This document shows, piece by piece, positions 28,778 through 37,379 of a DNA stretch of 64,000 nucleotides; the first letter of the stretch is position 1; each line of letters begins with the position of its first letter. The notes beneath the pieces were generated by a model. That model did not search any database. It had not been told where the DNA came from and saw only the letters and a list, made by a program, of their open reading frames with translations. A program made the position numbers and the translations under genes. Source of the DNA: Patescibacteria group bacterium (lineage in GTDB: Bacteria; Patescibacteriota; Patescibacteriia; UBA9934); contig JBAZWW010000001.1 of the NCBI GenBank assembly GCA_041660165.1, forward strand, positions 28,009-92,008. Direction: 5' to 3'.

Positions 28778-28817
28778 TGCCCCGATTGTCTGGAACAGAC
28801 GTCGGGGCGTTTTATTT
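28778..28817 (+). terminator. Intrinsic terminator
   Basis: GCCCCGA...TCGGGGC stem followed by GTTTTATTT. Confidence 0.65.
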
Positions 28818-28829
28818 GCCAAAACAAAA

Positions 28830-28853
28830 AACCTCTTCATGGCTGAAGTGGTT
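28830..28853 (-). repeat. Repeat A copy 1 (terminator-like palindrome)
   Basis: AACCTCTTCATGGCTGAAGTGGTT; further copies at 32038 and 32825. Confidence 0.8.
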
Positions 28854-28869
28854 TTTGTTGAACCGAAAG

Positions 28870-29511
28870 CTAAATCCAACCGGCGCTCACTAAAGCCTCA
28901 CGGACGGCTTCAAAAAGCATTGCGTGTCCTGCATCATTGGGATGCACGCCGTCTTTCAAGAGATGCGTGAAGTCTCCGGATGAAAGAACAGGAAGAACGT
29001 CAACGAAGGAGATGCTCTCGTCTTTGCAAACCCCTTGAATCAAGGCATCGAACTTAGTTACGTGTTCATTGATATAAGCCTTCTCTGGTGACCATGGGAT
29101 GGGATTCACCTTTGCATCATCAACGGGTGATAGCCCCACAAAGATAATTTTGTCTGTATATTTCCTTGCCTTGGTAATCAATGTTGAAATGTTTGCAGTA
29201 AATTTTTCTTGTGGTGTTTTGTTTTCTTGGGTAGCAAAAATAAATTGGCTGTCATTTGTACCAATTGCAAAAACCACGGCGCAGTCTTTTTCCTTTAGAA
29301 GGCGAGCATCCACTTCCGCCTGGAAACGGTCGAGCACACTTGTAGAAGTATCTCCCGAAATGCCAAGATTATAGATGTAATGATAGTAATTTTCATCTTC
29401 GGGCGTAGAAATAATCTTATTATCAACAAATTTTCGTAGCCGCGAAATCCATCCGCCCTCTCTATCCCAAGCGCCGTAGGCAATGCTATCTCCGAAGATA
29501 AGAATGTTCAT
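28870..29511 (-). CDS. SGNH/GDSL hydrolase
   Basis: FGDSI, NLGISGD, IGTND, DGVHPN. Confidence 0.92.
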   Translation of the reverse strand: MNILIFGDSIAYGAWDREGGWISRLRKFVDNKIISTPEDENYYHYIYNLGISGDTSTSVLDRFQAEVDARLLKEKDCAVVFAIGTNDSQFIFATQENKTPQEKFTANISTLITKARKYTDKIIFVGLSPVDDAKVNPIPWSPEKAYINEHVTKFDALIQGVCKDESISFVDVLPVLSSGDFTHLLKDGVHPNDAGHAMLFEAVREALVSAGWI

Positions 29512-29635
29512 AGAATATTTGATGGAAGCATCGTCTCATACATGTTTAGAAAATGAAATATACACTTTTGTGCAAAAACGCCTGATCCGCGGGGACCAGG
29601 CGTGCACGATTTCTGATTTCTTCGGAACGTGCGGG

Positions 29636-30730
29636 TTACGGAGCCGGGATCTTGAGCTTGAGCAGGAACCGCCCGCTCTGCGCCCAGTAGTACCAATCTC
29701 CATTGTCCTCGTGGGGCGCGGTGACGGCGTCAAACGCTCCGGGGAGGAGATCTTCTTCTTTGCAGTTGATCTGGCTACTGACCACTACGCTTACCTTGCC
29801 GTGTGGCCGTTTCACCTCAATGAACTGCCGGGCCTTTCCACCATGTTTGAAGGTGGTGTAGATGTGCCCAAGGCTATAGCGACGTGGCAGAGTGAACTCA
29901 GGACCAAGCCTTCCGCGCCCCTCGTGTTGTCGGACGGAGCTGCCCAACTGGGTGAGCATCATGATCGGCTCGTCAACCTTATGGACAGTGTTGAACGCGA
30001 CATGATCAAAGGAGCGGACGTTGTAATACCTGCTCTCACCCTCCTCGATGACGTGCATCGCCCCGGACTTGCTTTCAAGGACTCCCACGAGTCCGATTTT
30101 GGTCTGCACGAGCTGATTGTGGGTGCAGTCGGAGCACAGCACGGTACTTTTTTTAGTTGATGGATCGAAGGCGAACACGCGGTTCACGTTGCGATGCCCA
30201 TCCCACGCCGATTCGTCACAGATCACGCATCCTTCCTCGTTGATGAAGAAGGCGCGCAGTTCCTTACCCATGAGTACGGGCTGGTCGTAGGCGATCAGAG
30301 TTCGCTCATCCGTTCGTTGCGCAGTCTTGCCCGTATTCTGCCACCAGTAATACGGGCGGTGATGATCATGACCAACGTACTGAACCGTGTTGCGGTCGAT
30401 TTCATGGTCGGGCACGGTCGCAATTACGTTCACGAGCGGTCGGATGATGGTGCTACGGCCGTAGCTCCTCTTGTCGAAGTATGAGCAACAGATCGAGATG
30501 TTCCCGTCGCCCGCTGACTTCGTGTACTGAGTGACCGGCTCGTTATTATGAACGCCCACAAGCGACCAATCAAGCCACGTGTCCGACACCGCATTCACGG
30601 AGACGGTGTGCGCCGGCAGGATCGGGCCGTCAGGCGCTTGCCCGATGGCGGAGATTTCCTTCTCCGTCACTTCTGCGCTGGCGAATTGCTGAGCCAGCCA
30701 GCTGAGCTGATTCCAATCATTCCTATTCAT
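29636..30730 (-). CDS. Hypothetical protein, beta-rich
   Basis: 364-aa ORF with a GAGGTGAG RBS-like site, GC3 bias, and a downstream terminator hairpin near 29575-29603. Confidence 0.65.
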   Translation of the reverse strand: MNRNDWNQLSWLAQQFASAEVTEKEISAIGQAPDGPILPAHTVSVNAVSDTWLDWSLVGVHNNEPVTQYTKSAGDGNISICCSYFDKRSYGRSTIIRPLVNVIATVPDHEIDRNTVQYVGHDHHRPYYWWQNTGKTAQRTDERTLIAYDQPVLMGKELRAFFINEEGCVICDESAWDGHRNVNRVFAFDPSTKKSTVLCSDCTHNQLVQTKIGLVGVLESKSGAMHVIEEGESRYYNVRSFDHVAFNTVHKVDEPIMMLTQLGSSVRQHEGRGRLGPEFTLPRRYSLGHIYTTFKHGGKARQFIEVKRPHGKVSVVVSSQINCKEEDLLPGAFDAVTAPHEDNGDWYYWAQSGRFLLKLKIPAP

Positions 30731-30877
30731 CTCTCACCTCTCCCTTTGATACCCGCCACGTTCCGCTCTTTGCTTTGGCCAGTGGGCCGAGGCTGAGCCT
30801 GGATACCGTCTTGGAACCAAGGATACGCCCGTGATTGGGCCGGCCAATTACGACACAAAAAGTTTCTAAAGTAAAGC

Positions 30878-30956
30878 AAAACAAAGAGCGCACCAACGGG
30901 CTACGCTCTCTGCAACGATTAAACGTTGAGGACACGTGGCCGCGCTAGTGCGCGAG
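30878..30956 (-). repeat. Repeat B copy 1: 79-nt three-hairpin 3' module
   Basis: Near-identical to 32889-32966; begins immediately after the stop codon of 30957..31892. Confidence 0.9.
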
Positions 30957-31892
30957 CTAATGACTGAGGTTGGACACGTCTCCCGTGAGGTTGTTGATGT
31001 TACCTTCAAGGCGACTGACGTCGCCCGTGATGTCCGTGACGTTGCCATTGATGTAGGTGACGTTACCCGTGATGTTCGTCGCATCACCGTAGATACCCGT
31101 CACGAAGCCTGAGATGTTCGTCACGTCGCCCCGCAGGTTGCTGATGTCGCCACTGAGGTCGCTGACGTTGCCCGTGATATCCGTAGCGACGCCTTTGATG
31201 TTGCTGACGTCGCCCGTAATGTCCGTCGCGTCACCGTAGATGCCCGTCACGAAGCCTGAGATGTTCGTCACGTTGCCCCGCAGGTTGCTGACGTCGCCAC
31301 TGAGGTCCTTGACGTCGCCCATGACGTCCGTGACGTTGCCGGTGAGATTGCTGACGTCGCCCGTGATGTTAGTCACGTCTCCGTAAATAGTACCCGCGTT
31401 GCCAGAGATGTTAGTCACGTTGCCCCGCAGGTAATCAATTCTGCCTTTGAGATCGCTGACGTCGCCCGCGATATCCGTAGCGACGCCTTTGATGTTGCTG
31501 ACGTCGCCCGTGATGTCCGTCGCATCGCCGTAGATATTGCTCGCATCGCCCGAGATATTCGTCACGTTGCCCCGCAGGTATTCAACACTGCCTTTGAGAT
31601 CACTGACGTCGCCCGTGATGTTCGTGACATTCCCGCTGAGGTTGCTGACGTCGCCCGTGATGTTAGTCACGTCTCCGTAGATACTGCCTGCGTTTCCACA
31701 GACGTTGGACATGTTACCGCGGATGTTGGGTGAGACCCCGCGAAGTGTACAAGCCTCGGCGGACGTAGCCGGCGCGGACGGGGTGGCAACCGTGACCGCG
31801 GGCATGTTGCTCGCGGGCGCAGAGGCCACCTTCGGCGTCTCGCCCTCACAGGCCACGAGCGAAAGGAGAAACAACAGGGTGAAGGAACGCAT
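30957..31892 (-). CDS. Lipoprotein with ~35 heptapeptide repeats (VTNITGD / VSNLSGN), probable beta-solenoid
   Basis: Lipobox LVAC, Pro/Ala linker, then continuous 7-residue periodicity; GGAGG RBS. Confidence 0.85.
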   Translation of the reverse strand: MRSFTLLFLLSLVACEGETPKVASAPASNMPAVTVATPSAPATSAEACTLRGVSPNIRGNMSNVCGNAGSIYGDVTNITGDVSNLSGNVTNITGDVSDLKGSVEYLRGNVTNISGDASNIYGDATDITGDVSNIKGVATDIAGDVSDLKGRIDYLRGNVTNISGNAGTIYGDVTNITGDVSNLTGNVTDVMGDVKDLSGDVSNLRGNVTNISGFVTGIYGDATDITGDVSNIKGVATDITGNVSDLSGDISNLRGDVTNISGFVTGIYGDATNITGNVTYINGNVTDITGDVSRLEGNINNLTGDVSNLSH

Positions 31893-32037
31893 GAAACCTC
31901 CCTAAAAGGGTGAACGAATGGCACCGAATGTGGCGCCGTTCGACCAACCAAAATATCAGAAAATTTGCATTTCGTCAACGTAGGATGTCTTAAAACGCGT
32001 AAAAATATGGTCATTTTGTTAAATCATCATTACAAAA

Positions 32038-32061
32038 AACCACTTCATGGCTGAAGTGGTT
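32038..32061 (-). repeat. Repeat A copy 2
   Basis: AACCACTTCATGGCTGAAGTGGTT, just downstream of the RibD-C gene. Confidence 0.8.
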
Positions 32062-32076
32062 TCTTGATGTTTTTCC

Positions 32077-32769
32077 TTACACACGAATTACGTCGTATCG
32101 AAGGTGGAGATATGAATTCTTCAACGGCGTAGCGCTTACAAGTTTCGCTGTCTTTAGATATTTGAGATCGTCGAGTGCGTGAAGTGACTCGCCATCTACA
32201 AGAGTCGGGGTTGCTTTGCCACCGACTAAGAGCGGTGCGATCACGAGAGAGAGGTGGTCGATTAAGCCACTTCGTAAAAGCGTGGCGTTCAATGTGCCTC
32301 CCGACTGCACGGTTATTCGATCAGTGTTGTATTTCTGGTATAACTTCTTCAAGAGATCGGGGAAATTAACAGCACCTTCGTATGGCAGGACGATGACATT
32401 TTCATGATTCGAACTAACCGCGGGATGAGCCGGGTTTGTCGTTATAAGGTAAAGCGTCGTCACCCACTTGGAGAGGTATTCAACGCCCTGTGCGGTGAGA
32501 TGTGGCTCATTGTCTACGATCACGAAACTCACTGGAATTTTACTTGGTGGTTCCGTCCGATCATTGACACCAATTTTTGCCATGACACGTCCTGTATTGA
32601 GGGAGACAAGATCGGTCTGCTGTTCCAGATCGTAATACTGTTGAAGCCCATCTTTCACGCCAGATATCAGTTTTAGATCGTGGTCAAAATCCATGGCATC
32701 CGTATCACCGGTAGAGATTTTACCGTCGATCGACATGAGCATGAAGAGGGTTGTTTTGGGGCGGTTCAT
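32077..32769 (-). CDS. RibD C-terminal / dihydrofolate reductase-like protein
   Basis: MSIDGKI, QSGGTLNATLL, APLLVGGKATPTLVDG. Confidence 0.85.
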   Translation of the reverse strand: MNRPKTTLFMLMSIDGKISTGDTDAMDFDHDLKLISGVKDGLQQYYDLEQQTDLVSLNTGRVMAKIGVNDRTEPPSKIPVSFVIVDNEPHLTAQGVEYLSKWVTTLYLITTNPAHPAVSSNHENVIVLPYEGAVNFPDLLKKLYQKYNTDRITVQSGGTLNATLLRSGLIDHLSLVIAPLLVGGKATPTLVDGESLHALDDLKYLKTAKLVSATPLKNSYLHLRYDVIRV

Positions 32770-32824
32770 AGAGCTTGGTTGCTTATATGTAGACTAGTTC
32801 ATTTTCTGTGCATCGACAACAACA

Positions 32825-32848
32825 AACCACTTCATGGTTGAAGTGGTT
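32825..32848 (-). repeat. Repeat A copy 3
   Basis: AACCACTTCATGGTTGAAGTGGTT. Confidence 0.8.
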
Positions 32849-32888
32849 GGCTGAAAACAACCGCTCGCAAGGCGGTCGTTTCATGTTG

Positions 32889-32966
32889 AAAACAAAGAGC
32901 GCACCAACGGGCTACGCTCTCTGCAACGATTTAACGTTGAGGTACGCGGCCGCGCTAGTGCGCGAG
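32889..32966 (-). repeat. Repeat B copy 2
   Basis: Near-identical to 30878-30956; starts 1 nt after the stop of 32968..33348. Confidence 0.9.
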
Positions 32967-32967
32967 A

Positions 32968-33348
32968 TTAGGGGGTCGTCCAGCCACAGCCGAGGGTCCC
33001 AAGCCCTGGCGTGTACCAGTACTTGTAGCCCCTCGCAAAGCTTCCGCCCACCTGTACGAGGATGAGGCCGATTTTCGCCACGGCGATGCCGAAGAAGATG
33101 GCGAAGTAGTAGTAGTCGGCGACCTGACCGGGGATCTCGTAGCCGTAGGCGACTAGTGTGACGTTGGGAACGTGCCCACCGAACTGACCGATTCCCACCA
33201 TGCTACCGGTGAACAGGTCGACCCACGGAAGGACGGCGGCTACCCAGCATCCGATCAGCAACATGCCGACGGTGTAGACGGCCCACCACGATTTGTGTCC
33301 GCTGGTGTGGTTGTACGAGACAAGCAAGTTCTGAAACCACGTGATCAT
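32968..33348 (-). CDS. Hypothetical membrane protein (2 TM)
   Basis: AGGAGG RBS, TTGACG-17-TATCTT promoter-like site upstream, two hydrophobic segments. Confidence 0.7.
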   Translation of the reverse strand: MITWFQNLLVSYNHTSGHKSWWAVYTVGMLLIGCWVAAVLPWVDLFTGSMVGIGQFGGHVPNVTLVAYGYEIPGQVADYYYFAIFFGIAVAKIGLILVQVGGSFARGYKYWYTPGLGTLGCGWTTP

Positions 33349-33457
33349 GGTGTCCTCCTAGGACAGTCGAGAGCAATTCTACGTTGCTACTCGGTCGAGA
33401 TACGACGTTGAAAGATACCACAAAACAGGCCATTCGTCAATCACGACAAGGCCTTTT

Positions 33458-33730
33458 TTAGTGTTTGTGTTTGTAGTCAATTTTATGAAACTCGTGTTGG
33501 TGTTGCTTTTTCATCTGTTTATGTCCGGCTCCGCTTTTCAGATATATCTCTCGAGCTTTTGCATCCTTTTTGTTTCGGTAGCACTCATAATAAATGAGTT
33601 CAACTGGACGGCGATGTTTTGTAGATTTTGCGCCACCGGCTTGGTGTGTTTCGATTCTCTGTTTTAGGTTCTCTGAATAGCCGATGTACAAATTTTGATC
33701 CGCGCAAAAGAGAACATAAACATAATACAT
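33458..33730 (-). CDS. Small GIY-YIG nuclease (UPF0213-like)
   Basis: MYYVYVL...LYIGYSENLKQR...HQAG...ELIYYE...AREIYLKSG. Confidence 0.9.
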   Translation of the reverse strand: MYYVYVLFCADQNLYIGYSENLKQRIETHQAGGAKSTKHRRPVELIYYECYRNKKDAKAREIYLKSGAGHKQMKKQHQHEFHKIDYKHKH

Positions 33731-33915
33731 ATTTGAAAGTGTAGCACCGTTTCGTCTGATGTGGAGACCAGCCACGTCCGACGTGGCTGGTGGTACAAAC
33801 ATGATGAAAGATGCTGCCCGTCAAACGGGCCCCAGGCCTTCTATAACAAAACTCCCAGTTAGTACTGAGAGTGTTGTTTGGTTCTGTCGAATTGGCTTTA
33901 GGCCGTTCGACGGCC

Positions 33916-33990
33916 TGGTGACCTCACCGGGAATCGAACCCGGATCTACACCGTGAGAGGGTGCCGTCCTAACCGTTAGACGATGAGGCC
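33916..33990 (-). tRNA. tRNA-Glu(CTC)
   Basis: Reverse complement GGCCTCATCGTCTAACGGTTAGGACGGCACCCTCTCACGGTGTAGATCCGGGTTCGATTCCCGGTGAGGTCACCA folds as a cloverleaf; anticodon CTC; encoded CCA. Confidence 0.96.
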
Positions 33991-34085
33991 GTAATGGCAA
34001 AATGCGGGAAAAGCGTAGCAGATGAAAGCGTTCGCGTCAAAAGAAGTCATCTAAACGCGGAAAGCCGGCAGATTACTCCGCCGGC

Positions 34086-34574
34086 CTACGAATCGTTGTA
34101 CTCGTCCTTTGTTCTAAAGTGTCTGGCCAAGCGCTTCACTGGTTCAGCGAAGCAGAGCGAGGAGAGGAACGTCACTAGGACGCCGTACGTGCTGATGAGA
34201 TCACTATCTCCCTGGAGCGCGCACACCAGCACGAAGGCTATGGTGTGGTACACCGCGTAGAAGAGGCTGATGAGGATAAGCCGTGGCCAGTACCCTTTGT
34301 ACCGTCCTTCTATTCTCGCCTCGACCACCTTCAAGTAGTAGAGGCCAAGGATGAACTGGGCCGTGGCTAGCGGAAGGCTTATCTTGAGCGAGTGCCAGAT
34401 GGCCGGAGCGCTTAGCTCTTCTATGATAAGCAGATTCTTGGCCAGCATGGCGGGCAAGGCCAGGACACCGTTCAGGGCCCCGCTGGCCAGGTCTTGACGG
34501 CGGAGGCCGTGAGACGCCTGTTCGGGCATGGGAACTCCTGTGGTGGCGCCAGACAGTAGCGCTTTTTCCCGCAT
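34086..34574 (-). CDS. Hypothetical membrane protein (start uncertain)
   Basis: Several hydrophobic segments. Confidence 0.5.
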   Translation of the reverse strand: MREKALLSGATTGVPMPEQASHGLRRQDLASGALNGVLALPAMLAKNLLIIEELSAPAIWHSLKISLPLATAQFILGLYYLKVVEARIEGRYKGYWPRLILISLFYAVYHTIAFVLVCALQGDSDLISTYGVLVTFLSSLCFAEPVKRLARHFRTKDEYNDS

Positions 34575-34610
34575 TCCGTAAAGGGGGAGGGCTTGCTATG
34601 ATAGCCCTAT

Positions 34611-35177
34611 ATGCACTTGTCCAAAAAAACGGTTTTGCTAGCGCTCGGTCTCCTCTTATTCACCTTTGTGCTTGATGCCGTGGCGGTCAGAACCGGCTTT
34701 CCCTACGGCTACTTCTGGTATGGCCAGAACGTCCAGCCGATCGTGTCTGGCGTCCCGCTCGTTTTCATTCTTGGTTTCCCGGTTCTCTATTTAGCGTCGA
34801 GCGCTGTCGTCAACCGTTTGGCGGTTCCAAGGGGCGTACCGTGGATGATGGCGGTGGCGATTGTCATGACGGCGGTTGCACTCGTGGTCGAACCCGTGGC
34901 CGTAGCCAAGGGGCTTTGGTCTTTCAGAAACGGCGGGCTATATTTTGGTGTGCCGTCGAGTGACGTGATCGGCTGGCTGTTCACGGGATCGCTCGCCGGT
35001 TTTCTTTTTCCGAATGAACTGCGGAGCGAAAAGCTTGTTGGCGTGCTCATGCTCATTATCGCGGTCGCCAGCGTTGAAGCAGTAATCCGAGGACTCGGCG
35101 TGCCGGCAGTCATCGGCGTACTCCTATTTTCCTCAGTGGCCTTCTTTGATCTGAAAAAGCACGGTTGGAAAGCCTAA
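34611..35177 (+). CDS. Carotenoid biosynthesis-associated membrane protein (CruF/DUF422-like)
   Basis: TGFPYGYFWY, GVPL, EPVAVAKGLWSF, YFGVP...GW. Confidence 0.72.
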   Translation: MHLSKKTVLLALGLLLFTFVLDAVAVRTGFPYGYFWYGQNVQPIVSGVPLVFILGFPVLYLASSAVVNRLAVPRGVPWMMAVAIVMTAVALVVEPVAVAKGLWSFRNGGLYFGVPSSDVIGWLFTGSLAGFLFPNELRSEKLVGVLMLIIAVASVEAVIRGLGVPAVIGVLLFSSVAFFDLKKHGWKA

Positions 35178-35178
35178 T

Positions 35179-35760
35179 GTGACCAAATCAGAACAAAAGA
35201 AATTAGTTGGCGCGATTATCAGTTTGCTCGTCATTGTTCTTGGCGCTTGGCAGGCCAGCCAACAGCCAACCGTCCCAATCACGAGCGCCTCTACAGATAA
35301 TCGAGATTCAGCCGTAGCTCCATTGGTCGTGCCAGAGGGTTTCGTTGCTTTGAATCGAGTTGTTGACGGAGACACCATTGAGGTCGCCGTTGGGAGCGAG
35401 AAGCATAAGGTTCGAATTATCGGTATCAACTCGCCAGAAAGCGTGGACCCTCGCAAAGCCGTTGAATGTTTTGGCTTGGAGGCAAGTGCGCACATGAAGG
35501 AGCTGTTGAACGCGCCGTATGTTCGACTAGAAACGGATTCATCACAGGCGGGGGAGGACAAATACGGCCGGTGGCTTCGTTATGCATACTCGCAGGCTGG
35601 ACTTGATGTCGGACTGCAGATGATTAAGGATGGTTACGCGCACGAATACACGTATGACGCGCCCTATACGTATCAAACTGTTTATCGAACAGCGCAAAGA
35701 GAGGCGCAAACAGCTAGGCGCGGATTATGGTCAGCGGACACATGCAACGGAAAACCGTAA
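35179..35760 (+). CDS. Thermonuclease (SNase) family protein
   Basis: RVVDGDTIEV, VRIIGINSPE, DKYGRWLRY, AQREAQTARRGLW. Confidence 0.93.
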   Translation: MTKSEQKKLVGAIISLLVIVLGAWQASQQPTVPITSASTDNRDSAVAPLVVPEGFVALNRVVDGDTIEVAVGSEKHKVRIIGINSPESVDPRKAVECFGLEASAHMKELLNAPYVRLETDSSQAGEDKYGRWLRYAYSQAGLDVGLQMIKDGYAHEYTYDAPYTYQTVYRTAQREAQTARRGLWSADTCNGKP

Positions 35761-35834
35761 CGTCAAGATTCATGTGCACATGTGCATGAATCGTCTTGTC
35801 GCTTGCTACGCACACAAACTATCATGCGAGACGT

Positions 35835-36323
35835 ATGCGCATTTCTTCTCCCGCTTTTAAGAACGGTGATAGGATCCCATCCCAATATACGTGCGACGGT
35901 GATGATGTGAATCCCGAACTTCGCATTGATGCGGTTCCGGCGGTTGCGAAGAGTTTAGTGCTCATGGTTGATGACCCAGATTCGCCAGCCGGCAACTGGC
36001 TTCACTGGTCTGTCTGGAACATGTCGCCGGATACGCGGGTGATGAAAGAAGACAGCCTGCCCGCCGGCGCGCGGGAGGGAGAAACGGATTTTTCTGAAGT
36101 CGGCTACGGCGGTCCCTGCCCGGGTTACGGCGAGCATGAGTATCGTTTCGCTGTTTATGCGTTGGATACCATTCTTGACGTTGCAAACGGCGCGCCTCGG
36201 CCCATTGTGGAAAAGGCCTTTGAAGGCCATATCATTAGTTCTGCTTTTTTAACCGGTAGGTATCAACGCATTAAGAAAGAAGCGCGGACAGCAAAGACCG
36301 CTAAGGCTGCGGTAAAGGTATGA
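35835..36323 (+). CDS. YbhB/YbcL (PEBP) family protein
   Basis: SSPAF, YTCDGDDVNP, DDPDSP, WLHW, YGGPCP, HEYRFAVYALD. Confidence 0.92.
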   Translation: MRISSPAFKNGDRIPSQYTCDGDDVNPELRIDAVPAVAKSLVLMVDDPDSPAGNWLHWSVWNMSPDTRVMKEDSLPAGAREGETDFSEVGYGGPCPGYGEHEYRFAVYALDTILDVANGAPRPIVEKAFEGHIISSAFLTGRYQRIKKEARTAKTAKAAVKV

Positions 36324-36832
36324 GCACCATGGATAGGGATTCGTTTGGAGGTAAGGGACCAAAAAGACAAATGTTTGAGATACAAAGAAAACCTGAACAT
36401 ACTGAGAAGGCCATGCTGAAAGCGCTTGAAGAGGCTAACCCCGGGTTTGCAGATGCGGAGACGCTCCAGCAATTCAACACCGCCATGGAATTACTTTCTG
36501 ATGATGAGCTCAGCCACATGAGCAGTAGACAGTTAGCGGAGATGAATGAGAAATTCGTGGCATTTTATTCTGAAGCCCACAAGCCAAAGCCGGGGGAGGA
36601 ATTGCATCAGCGGTCATTCATGATGTATGTACCGCGGGTGAAACAGGAACAAGACCGCCGAGCGGAACAGCGTTCGCATGATGAGCGCCAGGCAACTGCG
36701 CTGAAAGCAAATCTCAAAGCGGGGACGCCAAAGATCATGCCAAATCCTCTGAACGTAGAACCCATTCGTTCGGCCACGCCTATAGAGAAACCTGAGAAAG
36801 GCTTTTTTGCCAGATTGTTCGGGAGAGAATAA
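36320..36832 (+). CDS. Hypothetical helical protein with C-terminal amphipathic helix, paralog 1
   Basis: Ends EKPEKGFFARLFGRE; shares motifs with the next gene. Confidence 0.75.
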   Translation: MSTMDRDSFGGKGPKRQMFEIQRKPEHTEKAMLKALEEANPGFADAETLQQFNTAMELLSDDELSHMSSRQLAEMNEKFVAFYSEAHKPKPGEELHQRSFMMYVPRVKQEQDRRAEQRSHDERQATALKANLKAGTPKIMPNPLNVEPIRSATPIEKPEKGFFARLFGRE

Positions 36833-36852
36833 CTAGTAACGATACCAGCATT

Positions 36853-37329
36853 ATGTTGAAAGAAGCGGTAAGGGATAGAAGTGGTGTTCGTATTGAATCG
36901 TCGAGCGGTCGAGAGAGTGTTGTGCGTTTGGCGGAATTGGCTAGAGAAATGCCGGCGCGTGGCGCTGATTTGAAATCGGAGTTTACGGAAGTTTCCGATG
37001 AACAATTGTCCGCTATGTCTGCTAAGGAAATCACGATGCTGATCAATAAATATTTTAAAAGTCGAGAGGAGGACTTTAACGTCTCAGAAAAACAGGGCAT
37101 CAAGATGATGCCTCTTCCTTCAAAGAGGCTTGAAGATGCTCTTCGCAATGCGAAACGGCGCGAACAGGGGGAGCGTGCTAAAAAAGAGGAGGTCCGGGCT
37201 CATCGGAACAAGGCGTTAACGGCAGAGATGATTTCCGCAAGACCCGCTGTTCTCGGTTCAAATGTTTTTGCTCCGCCCGCTGAGAAACCCGAGAAAGGCT
37301 TTTTTGCCAGATTGTTCGGCGGAGAATAA
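36853..37329 (+). CDS. Hypothetical helical protein with C-terminal amphipathic helix, paralog 2
   Basis: Ends EKPEKGFFARLFGGE. Confidence 0.75.
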   Translation: MLKEAVRDRSGVRIESSSGRESVVRLAELAREMPARGADLKSEFTEVSDEQLSAMSAKEITMLINKYFKSREEDFNVSEKQGIKMMPLPSKRLEDALRNAKRREQGERAKKEEVRAHRNKALTAEMISARPAVLGSNVFAPPAEKPEKGFFARLFGGE

Positions 37330-37344
37330 TTTTGAAAATAAAAT

Positions 37345-37379
37345 GAATCGTCCCGGGCGCGAGAACCGCGGGACGACTC
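37345..37379 (-). terminator. Terminator hairpin with T tail on the minus strand
   Basis: GAATCGTCCCG...CGGGACGACTC stem, preceded on the plus strand by an A-rich run. Confidence 0.6.

Noticed and set aside
29483-30160. 225-aa plus-strand ORF
   Set aside because: Overlaps the longer minus-strand gene, which has the RBS and terminator; likely a shadow.
30960-31730. 21-bp periodic DNA repeats resembling a CRISPR array
   Set aside because: In-frame coding repeats with no unique spacers and no cas genes.
28830-33000. Classical integron attC array
   Set aside because: Repeats lack RYYYAAC/GTTRRRY ends, no IntI is present, and the genes carry their own promoters; reported instead as an unexplained cassette-like pattern.
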